Shown here: in pieces, positions 10,013-20,390 of the stretch
Layout of the letters: every line of letters starts with the position of its first letter
Position numbering within the stretch: position 1 is the stretch's first letter
Assembly (NCBI GenBank): GCA_031960885.1
Contig: JAVRLY010000007.1
Coordinates: 1 to 33,897 of the forward strand
DNA: 33,897 nucleotides
Origin: Desulfurella sp.
Lineage (GTDB): Bacteria > Campylobacterota_A > Desulfurellia > Desulfurellales > Desulfurellaceae
Reading direction: 5' to 3'
Translations under genes and position numbers: made by a program
The notes under the pieces: generated by a model
Told to the model about the DNA's origin: nothing
What the model saw: only the letters and a program-made list of their open reading frames with translations
Databases searched by the model: none

Positions 10013-10564
10013 CTAATTTGATTTAGCAAACGGCATGCCAAAAGCTTTTAACAACTCGAAAGCTTCCTCATCGGTTTTTGAAGTGGTAACAAATGATATA
10101 CTCATGCCATGCATTTTTAAAATTTTATCATAATTTACTTCTGGAAAAATCAATTGTTCTGTAACTCCAAGCGTATAGTTTCCTCTACCATCAAAGTTTT
10201 TCTTAGAAACTCCTCTAAAATCTCTGATTCTAGGTAAGCTAAAACTTATAAATCTCTCTAAAAACTCGTACATTCTATCTTTTCTTAATGTTACTTTACA
10301 ACCTATTGACACACCTTTTCTCAACTTAAAATTTGCAATGGATTTCTTAGCCTTTGTAACAACACCTTTTTGACCAGTTATTATTGCGAGCTCTTCTAAC
10401 ACAGAATCAAGCACTTTAATATCATTGGCTCCTTCTGCAATGCCAACATTCAATACTATTTTCTCCAATTTTGGAACTTTCATAATGTTTTTATAAGAAA
10501 ATTTCTGCATCATATATGGTATGATATTTTCTTTATAGTGTTTTTTCATGCTTACTGTATACAA
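10013..10564 (-). CDS. rplE: 50S ribosomal protein L5
   Basis: [23 protein letters not shown] and DGRGNY. Start reassigned to TTG 10564, 6 nt after a GGAGGA SD (ATG 10549 is the alternative). Confidence 0.95.
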   Translation of the reverse strand: MYTVSMKKHYKENIIPYMMQKFSYKNIMKVPKLEKIVLNVGIAEGANDIKVLDSVLEELAIITGQKGVVTKAKKSIANFKLRKGVSIGCKVTLRKDRMYEFLERFISFSLPRIRDFRGVSKKNFDGRGNYTLGVTEQLIFPEVNYDKILKMHGMSISFVTTSKTDEEAFELLKAFGMPFAKSN

Positions 10565-10580
10565 TTTGCATCCTCCGCTC

Positions 10581-10913
10581 TTAAATAGTTTCTTTGCATT
10601 TTTTACAAACCCTAACCTTAATACCATCATCTAAAATTTTACTTGAAATTCGAGTGGGCTTATTGCAATGCGGACAAATCAACATTACATTAGAAATATC
10701 AATTGGCGCCTCTTTTTCTATTATGCCACCCTTTGATGTTTGTGTAGCTTTTTCGTGTTTTTTTATTATTTTAACACCCTCAATAATCAATCTATTTTTT
10801 TTGGGTAAAAAAGATATTATTTTCCCTGTTTTGCCTTTATCTTTGCCTGCTATTACCTTGACTAAATCGCCTTTTTTAAGTTTTGTACGCATATTTGAAT
10901 ATACACTAGCCAT
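10581..10913 (-). CDS. rplX: 50S ribosomal protein L24
   Basis: KOW motif [26 protein letters not shown] and C-terminal CPHC...CKKC. Confidence 0.97.
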   Translation of the reverse strand: MASVYSNMRTKLKKGDLVKVIAGKDKGKTGKIISFLPKKNRLIIEGVKIIKKHEKATQTSKGGIIEKEAPIDISNVMLICPHCNKPTRISSKILDDGIKVRVCKKCKETI

Positions 10914-10922
10914 ACTTTCTCC

Positions 10923-11291
10923 TTATAGAACCTCTGGGGCAAGAGAAATAATCTTCATGAAATCTTTCATCCTAAGTTCCCTAACAACTGGTCCAAAAAT
11001 TCTAGTCCCAATTGGTTCTTTCTGATTATTAATTATAACTGCAGCATTTTCATCAAACCTTATATAAGAACCATCGTCTCTTCGGAATTCTTTTCTTGTT
11101 CTAACGATAACTGCTTTTACTACATCACCTTTCTTTACCTTTCCATTCGGTATAGCTTCCTTAACAGATGCAACTATAATATCACCTATATACGCATACC
11201 TTCTCTTTGATCCGCCAAGAACCTTTATGCACATTATTTTTTTGGCTCCAGAATTATCTGCTGATTTTAACATTGTAAAAGGTTGTATCAT
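10923..11291 (-). CDS. rplN: 50S ribosomal protein L14
   Basis: [20 protein letters not shown] and SLAPEVL. Confidence 0.98.
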   Translation of the reverse strand: MIQPFTMLKSADNSGAKKIMCIKVLGGSKRRYAYIGDIIVASVKEAIPNGKVKKGDVVKAVIVRTRKEFRRDDGSYIRFDENAAVIINNQKEPIGTRIFGPVVRELRMKDFMKIISLAPEVL

Positions 11292-11551
11292 ATTTCCTCT
11301 CCCAATCCGGCATATCGTTGCAAAATCTTTAATAACCTAAATTTTTTTTCTTTTGATATAGGTCTGCAACTTACAAATTGAACAAAATCTCCCACTTTAG
11401 AGGAGTTTTCTTCATCATGAACCTTAAATTTTCTTGTTTTTTTGATATATTTTTTTATTTTTGGATGCAGTTTGTATTCTTCTACCCTAACAACTATTGT
11501 TTTATCCATTTTATCACTTACTACAATACCTTCACCAACAAACTTACTCAT
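11288..11551 (-). CDS. rpsQ: 30S ribosomal protein S17
   Basis: [15 protein letters not shown] and CRPISK. Confidence 0.97.
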   Translation of the reverse strand: MSKFVGEGIVVSDKMDKTIVVRVEEYKLHPKIKKYIKKTRKFKVHDEENSSKVGDFVQFVSCRPISKEKKFRLLKILQRYAGLGEEI

Positions 11552-11742
11552 AGTCCTTTCTCCAATTGCTTAGCTTTTGTTAAAATTCTGGCCAAATTTT
11601 TCTTTAGCGTTCTAGTACGCTTTGGATTTTCTAATTGCTCAAAACCTTTTTTTAATCTCAAACGCATAAGTTCTTCTCTAATTTTTGACTCAGAATCTTT
11701 TAGAGCGTCTATATTCATAGTGTTAATATCTTGCTTTTTCAT
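11548..11742 (-). CDS. rpmC: 50S ribosomal protein L29
   Basis: ELMRLR, QLENP and ARILT. ATG 11742 is preferred on SD spacing and its ATGA overlap with rplP. Confidence 0.94.
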   Translation of the reverse strand: MKKQDINTMNIDALKDSESKIREELMRLRLKKGFEQLENPKRTRTLKKNLARILTKAKQLEKGL

Positions 11743-12161
11743 AGCCATTCTCCGCTTGCTACAAATTTTGTCTGTATATTTAGTTTTGAAGCAGCTAACT
11801 CAAAAGCGCTTCTAGCTAACTCTTCACTAACACCGCCAATTTCATACAGAATTCTTCCAGGTTTTATTATACAGACCCATTTTTCAATAGAACCTTTTCC
11901 TTTTCCCATTCTTGTTTCAGCTGGTTTTTTTGTAAGAGGAAAGTCGGGAAAAATCCTAATCCAGACTTTGCCTTGATGTTTAAGTCTTCTGTTTATTGCA
12001 ACCCTTGCAGCTTCTATTTGGTTGCTTGTAATCTCGCCTCTTCCAATGGCCTTTAGACCAAATTCTCCAAAAGCAAGCTGACTTCCTCTCTTTGATAATC
12101 CCTCAACACCATGTCGGTTGCGTTGGTATTTTCTAAATTTTGTTTTCTTTGGCATTAACAT
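11739..12161 (-). CDS. rplP: 50S ribosomal protein L16
   Basis: [25 protein letters not shown] and RMGKGKG. Confidence 0.98.
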   Translation of the reverse strand: MLMPKKTKFRKYQRNRHGVEGLSKRGSQLAFGEFGLKAIGRGEITSNQIEAARVAINRRLKHQGKVWIRIFPDFPLTKKPAETRMGKGKGSIEKWVCIIKPGRILYEIGGVSEELARSAFELAASKLNIQTKFVASGEWL

Positions 12162-12174
12162 AAATCATTCTCCT

Positions 12175-12801
12175 TTAATCCATTACATAGCCTTTAAATA
12201 ACCAAACTTTTATACCTATAATGCCAGCCGTTGTCAAACTTTCAGCAAAACCATAATCTATGTTTGCCCTAAGTGTAGTAAGTGGCACACGTCCTTCTTT
12301 TATCCACTCTGTACGAGCCATTTCGACACCACCTAATTTGCCAGCACACTGAATTTTTATTCCTTGAGCGCCTTTTCTTAGAGCCATATAAGCTGCTTTT
12401 TTCATAGCTCTTCTAAAATGAGTTCTTTTTTCAATTTGCAATGCTATATTTTCAGCTATTAATTGAGCATCTGTTTCCGGTGTATTCACTTCTCTAATAT
12501 TTATGGTAACCTCGGACTTCGTAAGTTCTTTCAAAAAATTTTTTATCTTTTCAACTTCCGCGCCCTTTCTACCAATAATTATACCCGGTCTTGCGGCAAA
12601 TATATTTAGCGTGAGCTTGTTCATTTTTCTTTCTATTTCTATATTTGAAATACCTGCATAGTACAGTTTCGCTTTAACTTCTTTTCTTATTCTTTGGTCT
12701 TCCAATAACTTTTCTTTGAAGTCACCTTTTGCAAACCATCTTGATGTCCAATTCTTTATAATTCCCAATCTCAATCCAATCGGGTTAACCTTTTGACCCA
12801 A
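12175..12801 (-). CDS. rpsC: 30S ribosomal protein S3
   Basis: [20 protein letters not shown] and [10 protein letters not shown]. Start reassigned to TTG 12801, behind an AGGAGG SD. Confidence 0.97.
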   Translation of the reverse strand: MGQKVNPIGLRLGIIKNWTSRWFAKGDFKEKLLEDQRIRKEVKAKLYYAGISNIEIERKMNKLTLNIFAARPGIIIGRKGAEVEKIKNFLKELTKSEVTINIREVNTPETDAQLIAENIALQIEKRTHFRRAMKKAAYMALRKGAQGIKIQCAGKLGGVEMARTEWIKEGRVPLTTLRANIDYGFAESLTTAGIIGIKVWLFKGYVMD

Positions 12802-13135
12802 AACCCACCTCCTTTGCAAGCACGATTTTTATATTTGTGGTCCTCTTTAGTATCTTTCCTGCGCGTCCCATTGCCATTGGTCTATAGCGCTTCAACCTTA
12901 TGCCATCATCTGCACATACGGTTTTGACATAAAATTTATTTGGGTCTTCTCCTTTTTCCAAACAACCAGCAACGGCTGATTCCAACAGTTTTGAAAGTAT
13001 AAAAGCACTTTTTTTAGGCATAAGTTTCAATATAGATATAGCTTCATCAGCCTTCTTGCCTTTTATTACACCTATTACCTGTCTGACTTTTATAGGCGAA
13101 ATGCTTGCTCTTGATAGTCTAACTGTATGCTCCAC
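12785..13135 (-). CDS. rplV: 50S ribosomal protein L22
   Basis: ISP.KVR.V, KLLESA.A and KRYRP.AMGRA..I.KR. GTG start; overlaps the rpsC start. Confidence 0.95.
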   Translation of the reverse strand: MEHTVRLSRASISPIKVRQVIGVIKGKKADEAISILKLMPKKSAFILSKLLESAVAGCLEKGEDPNKFYVKTVCADDGIRLKRYRPMAMGRAGKILKRTTNIKIVLAKEVGFGSKG

Positions 13136-13164
13136 TACTTTACCCCCATTTTATTCCTATATAT

Positions 13165-13446
13165 TTATTTGCCTATTTTCTTCTGAACCACACCTTTGTG
13201 TCCTTTAAAGGTCCTTGTTGGCGAAAATTCACCCAGTTTATAGCCAACCATATTTTCTGTTACATAGACAGGCACAAATTTTCTGCCATTGTGTACTCCA
13301 AATGTTAAACCAACAAACTCAGGTATAATAACGCTTCTCCTCGACCATGTTTTTATTATTGTTTTTTTGCCTTCAGATTTTGCTTGATTGGCTTTTTTGA
13401 GAAGCTTTTCATCTACATATGGCCCTTTTTTTAGTGATCTTGCCAT
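13165..13446 (-). CDS. rpsS: 30S ribosomal protein S19
   Basis: [16 protein letters not shown] and KLGEFSPTR. Confidence 0.98.
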   Translation of the reverse strand: MARSLKKGPYVDEKLLKKANQAKSEGKKTIIKTWSRRSVIIPEFVGLTFGVHNGRKFVPVYVTENMVGYKLGEFSPTRTFKGHKGVVQKKIGK

Positions 13447-13454
13447 TTAACCCC

Positions 13455-14276
13455 CTAATCAATCCTCTTAATAATAAATTTGTCCGTACGCTTATTGTGT
13501 CTTGTCTTGTAACCTTTGGTTGGTTTACCCCAAGGAGTTACCGGTGTTCCACCTGTACCTGTTTTCCCTTCACCGCCACCATGTGGATGGTCTATTGGGT
13601 TCATAGCCACACCCCTTACATGCGGTCTTCTACCTAAATGCCTAACCCTTCCAGCTTTTCCATAATTTATATTATTATGGTCAATATTACCAATTTGACC
13701 AATCGTCGCATAGCATTCTGCCAATATATATCTCATTTCGCCGCTTGGCAATTTTATTGTAGCGTACTTACCTTCTTTCGCCATTAATTGAGCAAATGTT
13801 CCAGCACTTCTTGCTAATTTACCACCGCCATTGATTTTCAATTCAATATTATGAATGAAACTACCGACTGGGATTTTTTTTAGTGGTAGAGCGTTGCCTA
13901 CTCTTGGCTCGACAGTTTCACCAGCTTCAACTCTATCTCCAACATTTAGACCAAGTGGAGCTAAAATATACCTCTTTTCTCCATCAATATAAGAGAGTAA
14001 AGCTATTCTTGCACTTCTGTTAGGATCATATTCTATAGATTTAACAACAGCCTCTATATTTCTTTTATTGCGCTTAAAATCAATGATACGATAAATCTTT
14101 CTTGTTCCGCAGCCACGAAATCTGACCGTTATACTACCTGTGTTGTTTCTGCCCGATTTCTTTTTTAACACCACGGTGAGAGATTTTTCTGGCGTTGTCT
14201 TAGTTATTTCACTAAAATCGCTGCCGCTTGCAAACCTCATACCGTTCGTTACTGGTTTAAAAAACTTTATACCCAT
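13455..14276 (-). CDS. rplB: 50S ribosomal protein L2
   Basis: [19 protein letters not shown] and [18 protein letters not shown]. Confidence 0.98.
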   Translation of the reverse strand: MGIKFFKPVTNGMRFASGSDFSEITKTTPEKSLTVVLKKKSGRNNTGSITVRFRGCGTRKIYRIIDFKRNKRNIEAVVKSIEYDPNRSARIALLSYIDGEKRYILAPLGLNVGDRVEAGETVEPRVGNALPLKKIPVGSFIHNIELKINGGGKLARSAGTFAQLMAKEGKYATIKLPSGEMRYILAECYATIGQIGNIDHNNINYGKAGRVRHLGRRPHVRGVAMNPIDHPHGGGEGKTGTGGTPVTPWGKPTKGYKTRHNKRTDKFIIKRID

Positions 14277-14292
14277 AAAACAATCCCCTTTT

Positions 14293-14565
14293 TTACAAGT
14301 TTATGCTGTAGCCATCTTTTAGCGTGACCACACATTTTTTGCGTGAATTTTTAATACCAACTATACCCTTGAAAACCTTTGTTTTTCCTTTTGTATTAAG
14401 AATATTTACATCATTTACTAATACCTTAAAGGTAGATTCTATTGATTTTTTAATTTCAGGCTTTGTTGCCTTGATTGAGACATAAAATTCATATTTATTA
14501 TACTCTTGCATCATTAGAGCTTTTTCTGAAACAACTCGTCCTTGAATTATATCCCATTTATCCAT
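14293..14565 (-). CDS. rplW: 50S ribosomal protein L23
   Basis: VSEKA, Y.F.V...ATKPEIK and KK..VTL..G. ATG 14565 is preferred on SD spacing. Confidence 0.95.
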   Translation of the reverse strand: MDKWDIIQGRVVSEKALMMQEYNKYEFYVSIKATKPEIKKSIESTFKVLVNDVNILNTKGKTKVFKGIVGIKNSRKKCVVTLKDGYSINL

Positions 14566-15184
14566 TTGCAAATCTCCTACTTAATTTTTCAAAAACATCA
14601 GTCGTTGTTACAACTTTTGGAAACCTCATTAAATCATATACATTTACACTATCAACATTTCTAATTTCTATTTTATCAATGTTGCGCAAAGATAAGTAAG
14701 CATTTTCCATACCTTTATCCAAAATAAATAATGATTTTACTGCATCTAATTTCTTTATCAAATTATAAGCTAACTTAGTTTTTGGCTGATCAAAATGTAA
14801 ATCACTTAGTAATACAAGCGTTTTTGCTTCAATATGGGACATTAGAGCTTCAATAAATGCTTTCCTCTTTTCTTTCTTATTCATCTTTAATTCAAAATCT
14901 GTTTTTGGTTTAGGGCCAAAAACTACACCTCCGCCTCTAAACAACGGGGATCTAATTGAGCCTGCCCTTGCCCTACCTGTACCTTTTTGCTTCCAAGGTT
15001 TTTTGCCACCACCTGATACTTCGCCTTTTGTTTTTGTAGATGCTGTCCATTGTCTTTTATTTGCAAGCATTGCACGTACAACTCTATTTACAACGACATC
15101 GGGTTTTTTAGAAGGCTTATAATCAATTTCAAAATTAATTTCGCCAACCTTATTAATATCTTTATCGAAATACTCAATATTCAT
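14558..15184 (-). CDS. rplD: 50S ribosomal protein L4
   Basis: [26 protein letters not shown] and GGGVVFGP. Confidence 0.98.
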   Translation of the reverse strand: MNIEYFDKDINKVGEINFEIDYKPSKKPDVVVNRVVRAMLANKRQWTASTKTKGEVSGGGKKPWKQKGTGRARAGSIRSPLFRGGGVVFGPKPKTDFELKMNKKEKRKAFIEALMSHIEAKTLVLLSDLHFDQPKTKLAYNLIKKLDAVKSLFILDKGMENAYLSLRNIDKIEIRNVDSVNVYDLMRFPKVVTTTDVFEKLSRRFANG

Positions 15185-15186
15185 AT

Positions 15187-15810
15187 TTATTTCTCCTTTT
15201 TGCTTAATAAGGTAACGTAAGAGCCTTTAGAGCCAGGTACTGCACCAGTTACTGCTATTATATTCTTTTCTTTGTCTATAAAAGCAATTCTAAGATTTTT
15301 AATTGTTACCTTTTCGTTCCCTAAATGTCCTGGCATTTTTTTACCTTTTATAACCCTTCCAGGCCATTCTCGGTTTCCTATTGAACCAACCCTTCTATTA
15401 AACATAGAGCCGTGACCGCCAGGACCACCAGCAAAGTTATGCCTTTTCATTACACCTGCAAAACCTTTTCCCTTCGATGTACCAACAACATCGATTTTCT
15501 CACCCACGCTAAAAATATCAATGTCAATTTGATCATTTAATTTAATTTCATTTAAACTATTAACTTTAAATTCTTTTAAATACTTTTTGGGTGTTGCGTT
15601 TGCTTTTTTTAGGTGACCCAATTGTGCTTTTGATATCCTGCTTTCTTTCGTATCAACAAAACCAACCTGTATAGCATTGTAACCATCAGATTCTTTTGTC
15701 TTGATTTGTGTAACAACAGCAGGTTCTGATTCTAAGATAGTTACAGCCACTGCATAACCATCTACAAACATTTTAGACATACCCACTTTTTTTGCAATCA
15801 GTCCTATCAT
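15187..15810 (-). CDS. rplC: 50S ribosomal protein L3
   Basis: [27 protein letters not shown] and GAVPG. Confidence 0.98.
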   Translation of the reverse strand: MIGLIAKKVGMSKMFVDGYAVAVTILESEPAVVTQIKTKESDGYNAIQVGFVDTKESRISKAQLGHLKKANATPKKYLKEFKVNSLNEIKLNDQIDIDIFSVGEKIDVVGTSKGKGFAGVMKRHNFAGGPGGHGSMFNRRVGSIGNREWPGRVIKGKKMPGHLGNEKVTIKNLRIAFIDKEKNIIAVTGAVPGSKGSYVTLLSKKEK

Positions 15811-15830
15811 TTTCTACTCCTATAATCTAT

Positions 15831-15875
15831 ATAAAGAGGAAGAGAAACCAAAAATAAGGTTTTTACCTCTTTTAT
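15831..15875 (-). promoter_or_regulatory. Intercistronic stem-loop between rpsJ and rplC (function unknown)
   Basis: mRNA reads AAAGAGG-U-AAAAACC-(UUAUUUUU)-GGUUUCU-CUU-CCUCUUU: two stacked stems separated by an internal loop. Confidence 0.6.
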
Positions 15876-15880
15876 TACAT

Positions 15881-16186
15881 TTAAAGTTTTACCTCTACGT
15901 CTACACCAGCAGCCAGATCTATCTTCATCAAAGCATCAACAGTTTGCTGCGTTGCTTCGTCTATTTCTAAAAGCCTTTTGTGCACCCTCATCTCAAATTG
16001 CTCTCGAGAGCTTTTATTGATATGGGGTGACCTCAGCACTGTATATTTAGAAATATCTGTTGGCAGTGGTATTGGGCCTCTTATGGTTGCACCTGTTCTT
16101 TTAACAGTTTCTATAATATCTTTTGCAGATCTATCCAATAGTTTTGCTTCATAAGCTCTAAGTTTTATTCTAATTTTTTGCGACAT
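15881..16186 (-). CDS. rpsJ: 30S ribosomal protein S10
   Basis: KIRIKL.A, GPIPLPT and RSPH.NK.SREQFE. Confidence 0.98.
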   Translation of the reverse strand: MSQKIRIKLRAYEAKLLDRSAKDIIETVKRTGATIRGPIPLPTDISKYTVLRSPHINKSSREQFEMRVHKRLLEIDEATQQTVDALMKIDLAAGVDVEVKL

Positions 16187-16195
16187 TCAAAACAT

Positions 16196-17408
16196 CCTCA
16201 CTTAATTATCTCAATTACTACACCAGCACCAACAGTCTTGCCACCTTCTCTTATAGCAAATCTAGTTTCTTTTTCAAGTGCTATAGGGGCAATTAATTCT
16301 ACTTCCATTTCTACATTATCACCAGGCATTACCATTTCTACGCCTTCTTTGAGTTGAACCGTGCCCGTTACATCTGTGGTTCTTACATAGAATTGTGGTC
16401 TGTAGCCATTAAAAAATGGTGTATGCCTACCGCCTTCCTCTTTTGTTAGAATGTATACTTGGGCTTTAAATTTAGTATGCGGTGTAATTGAGCCTGGTTT
16501 TGCAAGAACCATACCGCGCTCTACTTCTTCTTTTTTTGTGCCTCTAAGTAATACACCTACGTTATCTCCAGGCAAAGCTTCGTCAAGTATTTTTCTAAAC
16601 ATCTCTAAAGAGGTTGCAACGGTTTTTTGTGTAGGTTTCAGACCTACTATCTCTATTTCATCGCCTGTTTTTATTACACCACGCTCTACCCTACCTGTTA
16701 CAACAGTACCACGACCAGATATTGTGAATATATCTTCAATTGGCATTAAGAATGGTTTATCTGCATCACGCTCTGGTGTTGGTATGTATTCATCTACTGC
16801 ATTCATCAAATCTTCTATTGCTTTAGTCCATTCATTGTCTGAATCAGATTCCAATGCTTTTAGGGCACTTCCTCTGATAACTGGTACATCATCGCCTGGG
16901 AAACTGTATTTGGTAAGTAAATCCCTTACTTCCATTTCAACTAAGTCAATGAGTTCTGGGTCATCAACCATATCTGTTTTATTCAAAAATACTACAATGT
17001 ATGGCACACCAACTTGACGAGCAAGCAAGATGTGTTCTCTTGTTTGTGGCATCGGACCATCTGCTGCTGAAACAACAAGTATTGCACCGTCCATTTGAGC
17101 TGCACCTGTGATCATGTTTTTGATGTAGTCAGCATGACCTGGGCAGTCAACGTGGGCATAGTGCCTTTTGGCTGTTTCATACTCAACATGAGAAGTATTT
17201 ATAGTAACACCCCTTTCTCTTTCTTCTGGAGCGTTATCTATTTGAGAGTAATCTTTAAATTCAGCAAAACCTTTTTTTGATAAAACTTTTGTTATAGCTG
17301 CAGTCAATGTCGTTTTGCCATGATCAACGTGTCCAATTGTACCAATATTCACATGAGGTTTGGTACGAACATATTTTTCCTTTGCCATAATGGAAACCTC
17401 CTAAACTT
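16196..17408. repeat. Direct repeat copy 1 (tuf plus flanks), 1213 bp
   Basis: Matches 32267-33479 in every segment I compared by eye. The protein and two antisense ORF translations are identical. Confidence 0.9.
16198..17388 (-). CDS. tuf: Elongation factor Tu (str-operon copy)
   Basis: [23 protein letters not shown] and [10 protein letters not shown]. Confidence 0.99.
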   Translation of the reverse strand: MAKEKYVRTKPHVNIGTIGHVDHGKTTLTAAITKVLSKKGFAEFKDYSQIDNAPEERERGVTINTSHVEYETAKRHYAHVDCPGHADYIKNMITGAAQMDGAILVVSAADGPMPQTREHILLARQVGVPYIVVFLNKTDMVDDPELIDLVEMEVRDLLTKYSFPGDDVPVIRGSALKALESDSDNEWTKAIEDLMNAVDEYIPTPERDADKPFLMPIEDIFTISGRGTVVTGRVERGVIKTGDEIEIVGLKPTQKTVATSLEMFRKILDEALPGDNVGVLLRGTKKEEVERGMVLAKPGSITPHTKFKAQVYILTKEEGGRHTPFFNGYRPQFYVRTTDVTGTVQLKEGVEMVMPGDNVEMEVELIAPIALEKETRFAIREGGKTVGAGVVIEIIK

Positions 17409-19473
17409 CTTTCTTTATTATTTTTTCTGCTATAGAGCTTGGAACTTCTTCATAAGTTGCAAATTGCATTACATAAGTACCGCGCCCTTGCGTAATTGAT
17501 CTCAATGTTGTGGCATACCCAAACATTTCACCAAGCGGTATATCAGCTCTAATCATTTTAACGCCTAATTTGTCTTCCATATTTTTAATTTTTCCTCTTC
17601 TTGAGCTTAAATCTCCAATTACATCACCTAAATATTGTTCTGGTGTAGAAACTTCTACATCCATAACAGGCTCTAATAAATATGGTTTAGCTGCTTTTAA
17701 AGCTTCTTTAAATGCCATAGATCCAGCTATTTTAAAAGCCATTTCTGATGAATCTACTTCGTGATATGAACCATCTACTAATATGGCCTTAACATCTATA
17801 ACCTCATATCCTGCAAGTATACCATTTTCAGCTGCTTCTTTCACGCCTTCTTCTATTGCTGGTATAAATTCTTTTGGTATTACACCGCCAACGATCTTGT
17901 TTACAAATGTTATACCCTTGCCACGCTCTTGTGGTTCAATTTCAAGCCAAACATCTCCGTACTGACCATGACCACCTGTTTGTCTTACAAATTTACCCTG
18001 TTTTTTGACTTTAGCCTTAATGCTTTCTTTATATGCAACCTGGGGCTTACCAGTATTTACATTTACATTAAATTCTCTTTTTAACCTATCTACAATTATC
18101 TCAAGGTGAAGTTCTCCCATGCCAGAAATAATTGTTTGAGCTGTTTCTTCGTCAAATTTAATTCTAAATGTTGGATCTTCCTCTGCTAATTTTTGAAGAC
18201 CATTTGATAGTTTTTCCTGGTCAGCTTTAGTTTTTGGTTCCACAGCAATGGATATTACTGGTTCTGGGAACTCCATAGCTTCAAGTATTATTGGTTTTTC
18301 TTCAGAGCACAATGTATCCCCAGTTGCAGTGTATTTTAAGCCAATTGCTGCAACAATATCGCCTGCATGGGCTTCTTCGATATCTTCCCTTTTATTCGAA
18401 TGCATCAAAAGCAATCGTCCAATTCTTTCTTTTTTACCTTTTGCTGAATTAAGTACATAAGAACCCGACTTTAAAGTTCCAGAATATATTCTTAAGTATG
18501 TAAGTTTGCCTACATACGGATCACTTAATATTTTGAATGCTAAAACACACAATGGCTCATCATCATTAGGCAATCTAACCTCTTCTTCGCCTGAGAGATT
18601 TTTGCCCTTTATACCACCAACATCTACAGGAGATGGCAAATATAAGTTAATAGCATCAAGTAGCGGTTGAACACCTTTATTTTTAAAAGCACTACCGCAC
18701 ATTACAGGCGTACATTGCCCTGATAAAGTAGCCTTTCTAATGGTGCTAACGATTTTTCCTTCGGCTATGTCCTTACCATCTAAGTAATCAATCATTAATT
18801 CTTCATCAAAATCTGCTATGGACTCAATTAATTTCGATCTATACTCTTGAGCCAAACTCAAAAGGTCTGCAGGTATATCTTTCTCGCTGAAAGTAGCTCC
18901 AAGCACATCAGAGTCCCATATAATGGCTTTCATTTTAACAAGGTCAATTACACCTGCGAAATTACTCTCACTACCAATTGGTATCTGCAGTGCTATAGGT
19001 GTTGATCCAAGTTTTGAGTTTATTTCTTTTAACACATTAAAAAAGTTTGCACCAGTTCTGTCCATTTTATTAACAAAAGCTATTCTTGGTACATTGTATT
19101 TATTAGCTTGACGCCATACAGTCTCAGATTGGGGTTCAACACCACTTACAGCGCAAAAAACTCCAACTGCGCCATCAAGAACCCTTAAAGATCTTTCAAC
19201 TTCTACGGTAAAATCAACATGGCCTGGTGTATCAATTAAGTTAATTTTATGATTTTTCCAAAAACATACAGTCGATGCTGATGTAATAGTAATACCGCGC
19301 TCTTTTTCTTGTTCCATCCAATCCATTGTAGCGGTACCTTCGTGCACCTCTCCAATTTTATGAGAAACGCCTGTATAGAATAAAATTCTTTCGCTAGTAG
19401 TGGTCTTACCCGCATCTATGTGTGCTATTATTCCTATATTTCTAACATTTTCCAATGGGTACGCTCGACTCAA
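17401..19473 (-). CDS. fusA: Elongation factor G
   Basis: [30 protein letters not shown] and YHEVDSS. TTG start. Confidence 0.99.
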   Translation of the reverse strand: MSRAYPLENVRNIGIIAHIDAGKTTTSERILFYTGVSHKIGEVHEGTATMDWMEQEKERGITITSASTVCFWKNHKINLIDTPGHVDFTVEVERSLRVLDGAVGVFCAVSGVEPQSETVWRQANKYNVPRIAFVNKMDRTGANFFNVLKEINSKLGSTPIALQIPIGSESNFAGVIDLVKMKAIIWDSDVLGATFSEKDIPADLLSLAQEYRSKLIESIADFDEELMIDYLDGKDIAEGKIVSTIRKATLSGQCTPVMCGSAFKNKGVQPLLDAINLYLPSPVDVGGIKGKNLSGEEEVRLPNDDEPLCVLAFKILSDPYVGKLTYLRIYSGTLKSGSYVLNSAKGKKERIGRLLLMHSNKREDIEEAHAGDIVAAIGLKYTATGDTLCSEEKPIILEAMEFPEPVISIAVEPKTKADQEKLSNGLQKLAEEDPTFRIKFDEETAQTIISGMGELHLEIIVDRLKREFNVNVNTGKPQVAYKESIKAKVKKQGKFVRQTGGHGQYGDVWLEIEPQERGKGITFVNKIVGGVIPKEFIPAIEEGVKEAAENGILAGYEVIDVKAILVDGSYHEVDSSEMAFKIAGSMAFKEALKAAKPYLLEPVMDVEVSTPEQYLGDVIGDLSSRRGKIKNMEDKLGVKMIRADIPLGEMFGYATTLRSITQGRGTYVMQFATYEEVPSSIAEKIIKKEV

Positions 19474-19482
19474 AATACCACC

Positions 19483-19950
19483 TCACCACTTGTAGTGCGC
19501 AAAAGCCCTGTTTGCTTCGGCCATTTTATGTGTATCTTCTTTTTTCTTAATTGCACCACCTCTATTGTTAAAGGCATCTAAAATTTCACCTGCTAATTTT
19601 TCAAACATCCTCTTTTCATTTCTAGATCTTGAATAGCTTATTAGCCAACGGATAGCAAGACTTACTTGCCTTTCTCTTCTTACTTCAACTGGCACTTGGT
19701 ATGTTGCACCGCCAACCCTTCTTGGTCTGACTTCAAGTTTTGGCATGATATTATTTAACGCTTGTTCAAATACTTCCAGCGGATTTTGACCTGTTTTATC
19801 TTTTACTAAATCCAAACTTTTGTAGAAAATTCTTTGAGCTAATGATTTCTTACCGTCATACATAACTTTATTTATAACTTTTTCTACCAATATGCTATTG
19901 TACACTAAATCGCTTGAAGTTTGCCTTTTATCAGCCTTTCTTCTTCTCAT
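19483..19950 (-). CDS. rpsG: 30S ribosomal protein S7
   Basis: [18 protein letters not shown] and [10 protein letters not shown]. Confidence 0.98.
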   Translation of the reverse strand: MRRRKADKRQTSSDLVYNSILVEKVINKVMYDGKKSLAQRIFYKSLDLVKDKTGQNPLEVFEQALNNIMPKLEVRPRRVGGATYQVPVEVRRERQVSLAIRWLISYSRSRNEKRMFEKLAGEILDAFNNRGGAIKKKEDTHKMAEANRAFAHYKW

Positions 19951-20332
19951 TTACGGCACCTTCCTTTGGTTTTTTTGCTCCGTACTTAGACCTACCTTGC
20001 TTTCTATCAGAAACGCCGGAAGTATCTAGCGTACCTCTTATTATATGATACCTAACGCCAGGCAAATCCTTTACCCTACCACCCCTTACAAGTACAATAG
20101 AGTGCTCTTGAAGGTTATGCCCTTCGCCTGGTATGTAGGATGTTACCTCGTATCCTGTTGTTAATTTGACCCTTGCAACTTTTCTCAAAGCAGAATTAGG
20201 CTTTTTTGGCGTCGTTGTATATACTCTAGTGCAAACACCCCTTCTTTGCGGACAACCATCCAAAGCCAAAGTTTTTGTCTTTTCTCTAACTTTCTTTCTG
20301 CCGATTCTAACTAACTGGTTAATAGTTGGCAC
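19931..20332 (-). CDS. rpsL: 30S ribosomal protein S12
   Basis: [16 protein letters not shown] and [15 protein letters not shown] start behind a GGAGGT SD. Confidence 0.99.
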   Translation of the reverse strand: MPTINQLVRIGRKKVREKTKTLALDGCPQRRGVCTRVYTTTPKKPNSALRKVARVKLTTGYEVTSYIPGEGHNLQEHSIVLVRGGRVKDLPGVRYHIIRGTLDTSGVSDRKQGRSKYGAKKPKEGAVNEKKKG

Positions 20333-20361
20333 CCATTACCTCCTTAAATATTAGCTTGACA

Positions 20362-20390
20362 AGATTACCAATAAAACTTTTATTTGTCAA
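20362..20390 (-). promoter_or_regulatory. Internal sigma70-type promoter for rpsL and downstream genes
   Basis: Minus strand: TTGACA (20390-20385, inside the last rpoC codons), 17-nt spacer ending in TGG (extended -10 TGn), then TAATCT (20367-20362). Confidence 0.7.

Noticed and set aside
16451..17017. 188-aa plus-strand ORF antisense to tuf, repeated at 32522-33088
   Set aside because: Shadow ORF produced by codon bias in a highly expressed gene. It has a non-ATG start and no recognisable motifs, and it recurs only because tuf is duplicated.
20040..20220. Streptomycin-resistance alleles in rpsL
   Set aside because: PKKPNS and RVKDLPG are wild type.
20356..20385. Plus-strand TTGACA as an antisense promoter into rpoC
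   Set aside because: No acceptable -10 at 16-18 nt. Kept only as part of the dyad finding.
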